Shown here: in pieces, positions 62,177-64,000 of the stretch
Position numbering within the stretch: position 1 is the first letter of the stretch
Layout: each line of letters opens with the position of its first letter
From: Octopus sinensis
Taxonomy: Eukaryota
Direction: 5' to 3'
DNA length: 64,000 nt
Assembly (NCBI RefSeq): GCF_006345805.1
Contig: NC_043008.1
Coordinates: forward strand, 73,160,001 to 73,224,000
Notes under the pieces: model-generated
Databases searched by the model: none
What the model was told of the DNA's origin: nothing
Seen by the model: only the letters and a program-made list of their open reading frames with translations
Translations under genes and position numbers: made by a program

Positions 62177-63765
62177 TTGGGTCATCCCATAAATAATGCA
62201 GTATTTTCACTTGCTGGAACTAAAAGTCGGAGGGGTATAGGATAAACTACATGCATCAACTTCCTATAAAAGCAGACAGTAATTTTACCTTGTACTTATT
62301 CTTAGTGCAAGTTTTGAAGAGTGCAGTTTGATTTTAACAGTTATTTTTTCAAAGCTATAATGGAAGTGACAAAGAAACATATTTTGCTTTATGAGTTCAA
62401 TAATGGCAACAGGGCAACAGAAAGTGTGAGGAATATTAATGCAGTATATGGGGATCAGACAATAAGCATTAGCCAGTGTCACCGGTGGTTCCAGAAATTC
62501 TGAGCCAGAAACTACAGTCTAGAAGATGAACCTCATCCTGGAAGATCTGTAGAGCTCAACGAGGATGTCCTGCAAACTCTGGTGAAACAAAATCCCATCC
62601 TAACTGTTGAGGAACTAGCAGAGAAGCTTGGATTTGGTCATTCAACCATTCATCAGCACCTGCATGCCATCGGAATAATCAGCAAAATGGGTGAATGGGT
62701 TCCTTACAATCTTCCCAATCTAATCACACACAGAGTGTGAATGTGTGCTCTTCTTTGCTGCCATGTCTTACAAATGAACCTTTTTTGGATTGAAATGGGT
62801 TCTCTATAAAAGCATCAAGGGCCGAAGACAGTGGGTAGGAAAAGGAGAAAAACCAGCATCCCAGGCTAAAGAAGGTCTTCACCCACATAAGGTGTTATCT
62901 GTTTGGTGGTATATGAAATGTTTCGTCCACTTTAAACTTTTAAACCCAAACCAAATGATAACAAAGGAGATCTACTGCAAGCAGCTTGAGTGACTTAAGT
63001 CAGTACTAGAAGAAACGACCATCTTTGGTTTCAAGATGAAAGGTCCTCTTCCATCAAATAAATGCTCAGTCACATACACTGAGGATGATGTTCCAAAGGC
63101 TGGAGCAGTTTGAATGGGAAACGATACCTCACCCACCATATTCGCCAGACATTATCCCATATGATTATCATTTATTCTGCAGTCTTCAAAATGATTAGGA
63201 GAAAATAGGAATTCTGCAGATGAGGTCAGAACAGTACTGGAGGAGTATTTTTCATAACAGACAAGTGAATTTTAGAAGAGGGGCCTTGCAAGTCTACCAG
63301 ATAGATTGAAGAGCATTGTGGAAAATGAAGGAGAGTATCATCATCATCATCATCATCGTTTAACGTCCGTTCTCCATGCTAGCATGGGTTGGATGGTTCG
63401 ACCGGGGACCTGGGAAGCCAGAAGGCTGCACCAGGCTCCAGTCTTATCTGGCAATGTTTCTACAGCTGGATGCCCTTCCTAACGCCAACCACTCTGTGAG
63501 TGTAGTGGGTGCTTTTTACGTGCCACCTGCACAGGTGCCAGGCGAGGCTGGAAATGGCCATGGTCGGATTGGTGTATTTTATGTGCCACCGGCACGGAAG
63601 CCAGTCGAGGTGGCACTGGCATCGGCAGTCGAGACGGCGCTGATTTTAGATTAAAAAGATATTTTATTTATATAAATGAAGGAGAGTATATTTTAGATTA
63701 AAATTTTTTTATAGTAATTTTGAAAAATAAAAGAAGTATTAAAAATCTACTGTATTTATGAGATG

Positions 63766-63771
<6 letters not shown>
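62177..63771 (+). mobile_element. Degenerate full-length mariner transposon with an inserted RTE tail
   Basis: TIR TTGGGTCATCCCATAAATAA / TATTTATGAGATGACCCTA in TA context; remnants MEVTKKHILLYEF...CHRWFQKF, WVPYNL and HPPYSPDIIPYDYHLF, with many stops. Confidence 0.88.
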
Positions 63772-63833
<62 letters not shown>

Positions 63834-64000
63834 TCCCTGCGTTTCTATTTCCACTTCTTCTATCTGATCTGATGTTATTCAGGTAAAATAAGGGACAATT
63901 TAGAGGATTTATCAATTCATATGTAATACTTGACTCTGTTATTTTCTGACTTCATATCTATAGGAAAACCATTTCAAATAGCAATCATTATTTGGATTTT

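Overview
AT-rich eukaryotic DNA, almost entirely interspersed repeats and microsatellites. The repeat families (CORE-like and other tRNA-headed SINEs, RTE tails, R4/Dong LINEs, Penelope-like fragments) look like a coleoid cephalopod such as Octopus; this is an inference and cannot be confirmed here. No rRNA, real tRNA gene or CRISPR array is present. The only clearly coding long ORF is a Merlin (IS1595/ISXO2-like) transposase at 37933-38835. It is the innermost layer of a four-deep nest: a CR1-like LINE contains a hAT element (8-bp TSD), which contains a SINE, which contains the Merlin (8-bp TSD). A near-complete piggyBac (26402-29376) sits inside an R4/Dong LINE with a non-canonical TTGA target duplication. 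The most striking unexplained signal is three distinct short repeat families carrying hammerhead-ribozyme (HHR) motifs. (1) A 359-nt terminally redundant, retrozyme-like unit at about 16.3-16.7 kb, whose extended type I HHR has the Schistosoma-type CAAAUA loop II and whose inverted arm ends at the predicted cleavage site. (2) A tRNA-headed, SINE-like HHR element at 43.6-44.1 kb, with a headless copy at 31.3 kb. (3) A Penelope-type terminal repeat at 15.0-15.3 kb and 45.9 kb. These loci recur as head-to-head inverted pairs. R4/Dong LINEs, a ~460-bp non-coding family and one SINE family cluster at (TAA)n microsatellites. Several exon-like segments of an unidentified host gene are listed at low confidence. 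All calls were made by eye; boundaries of degenerate elements are approximate.
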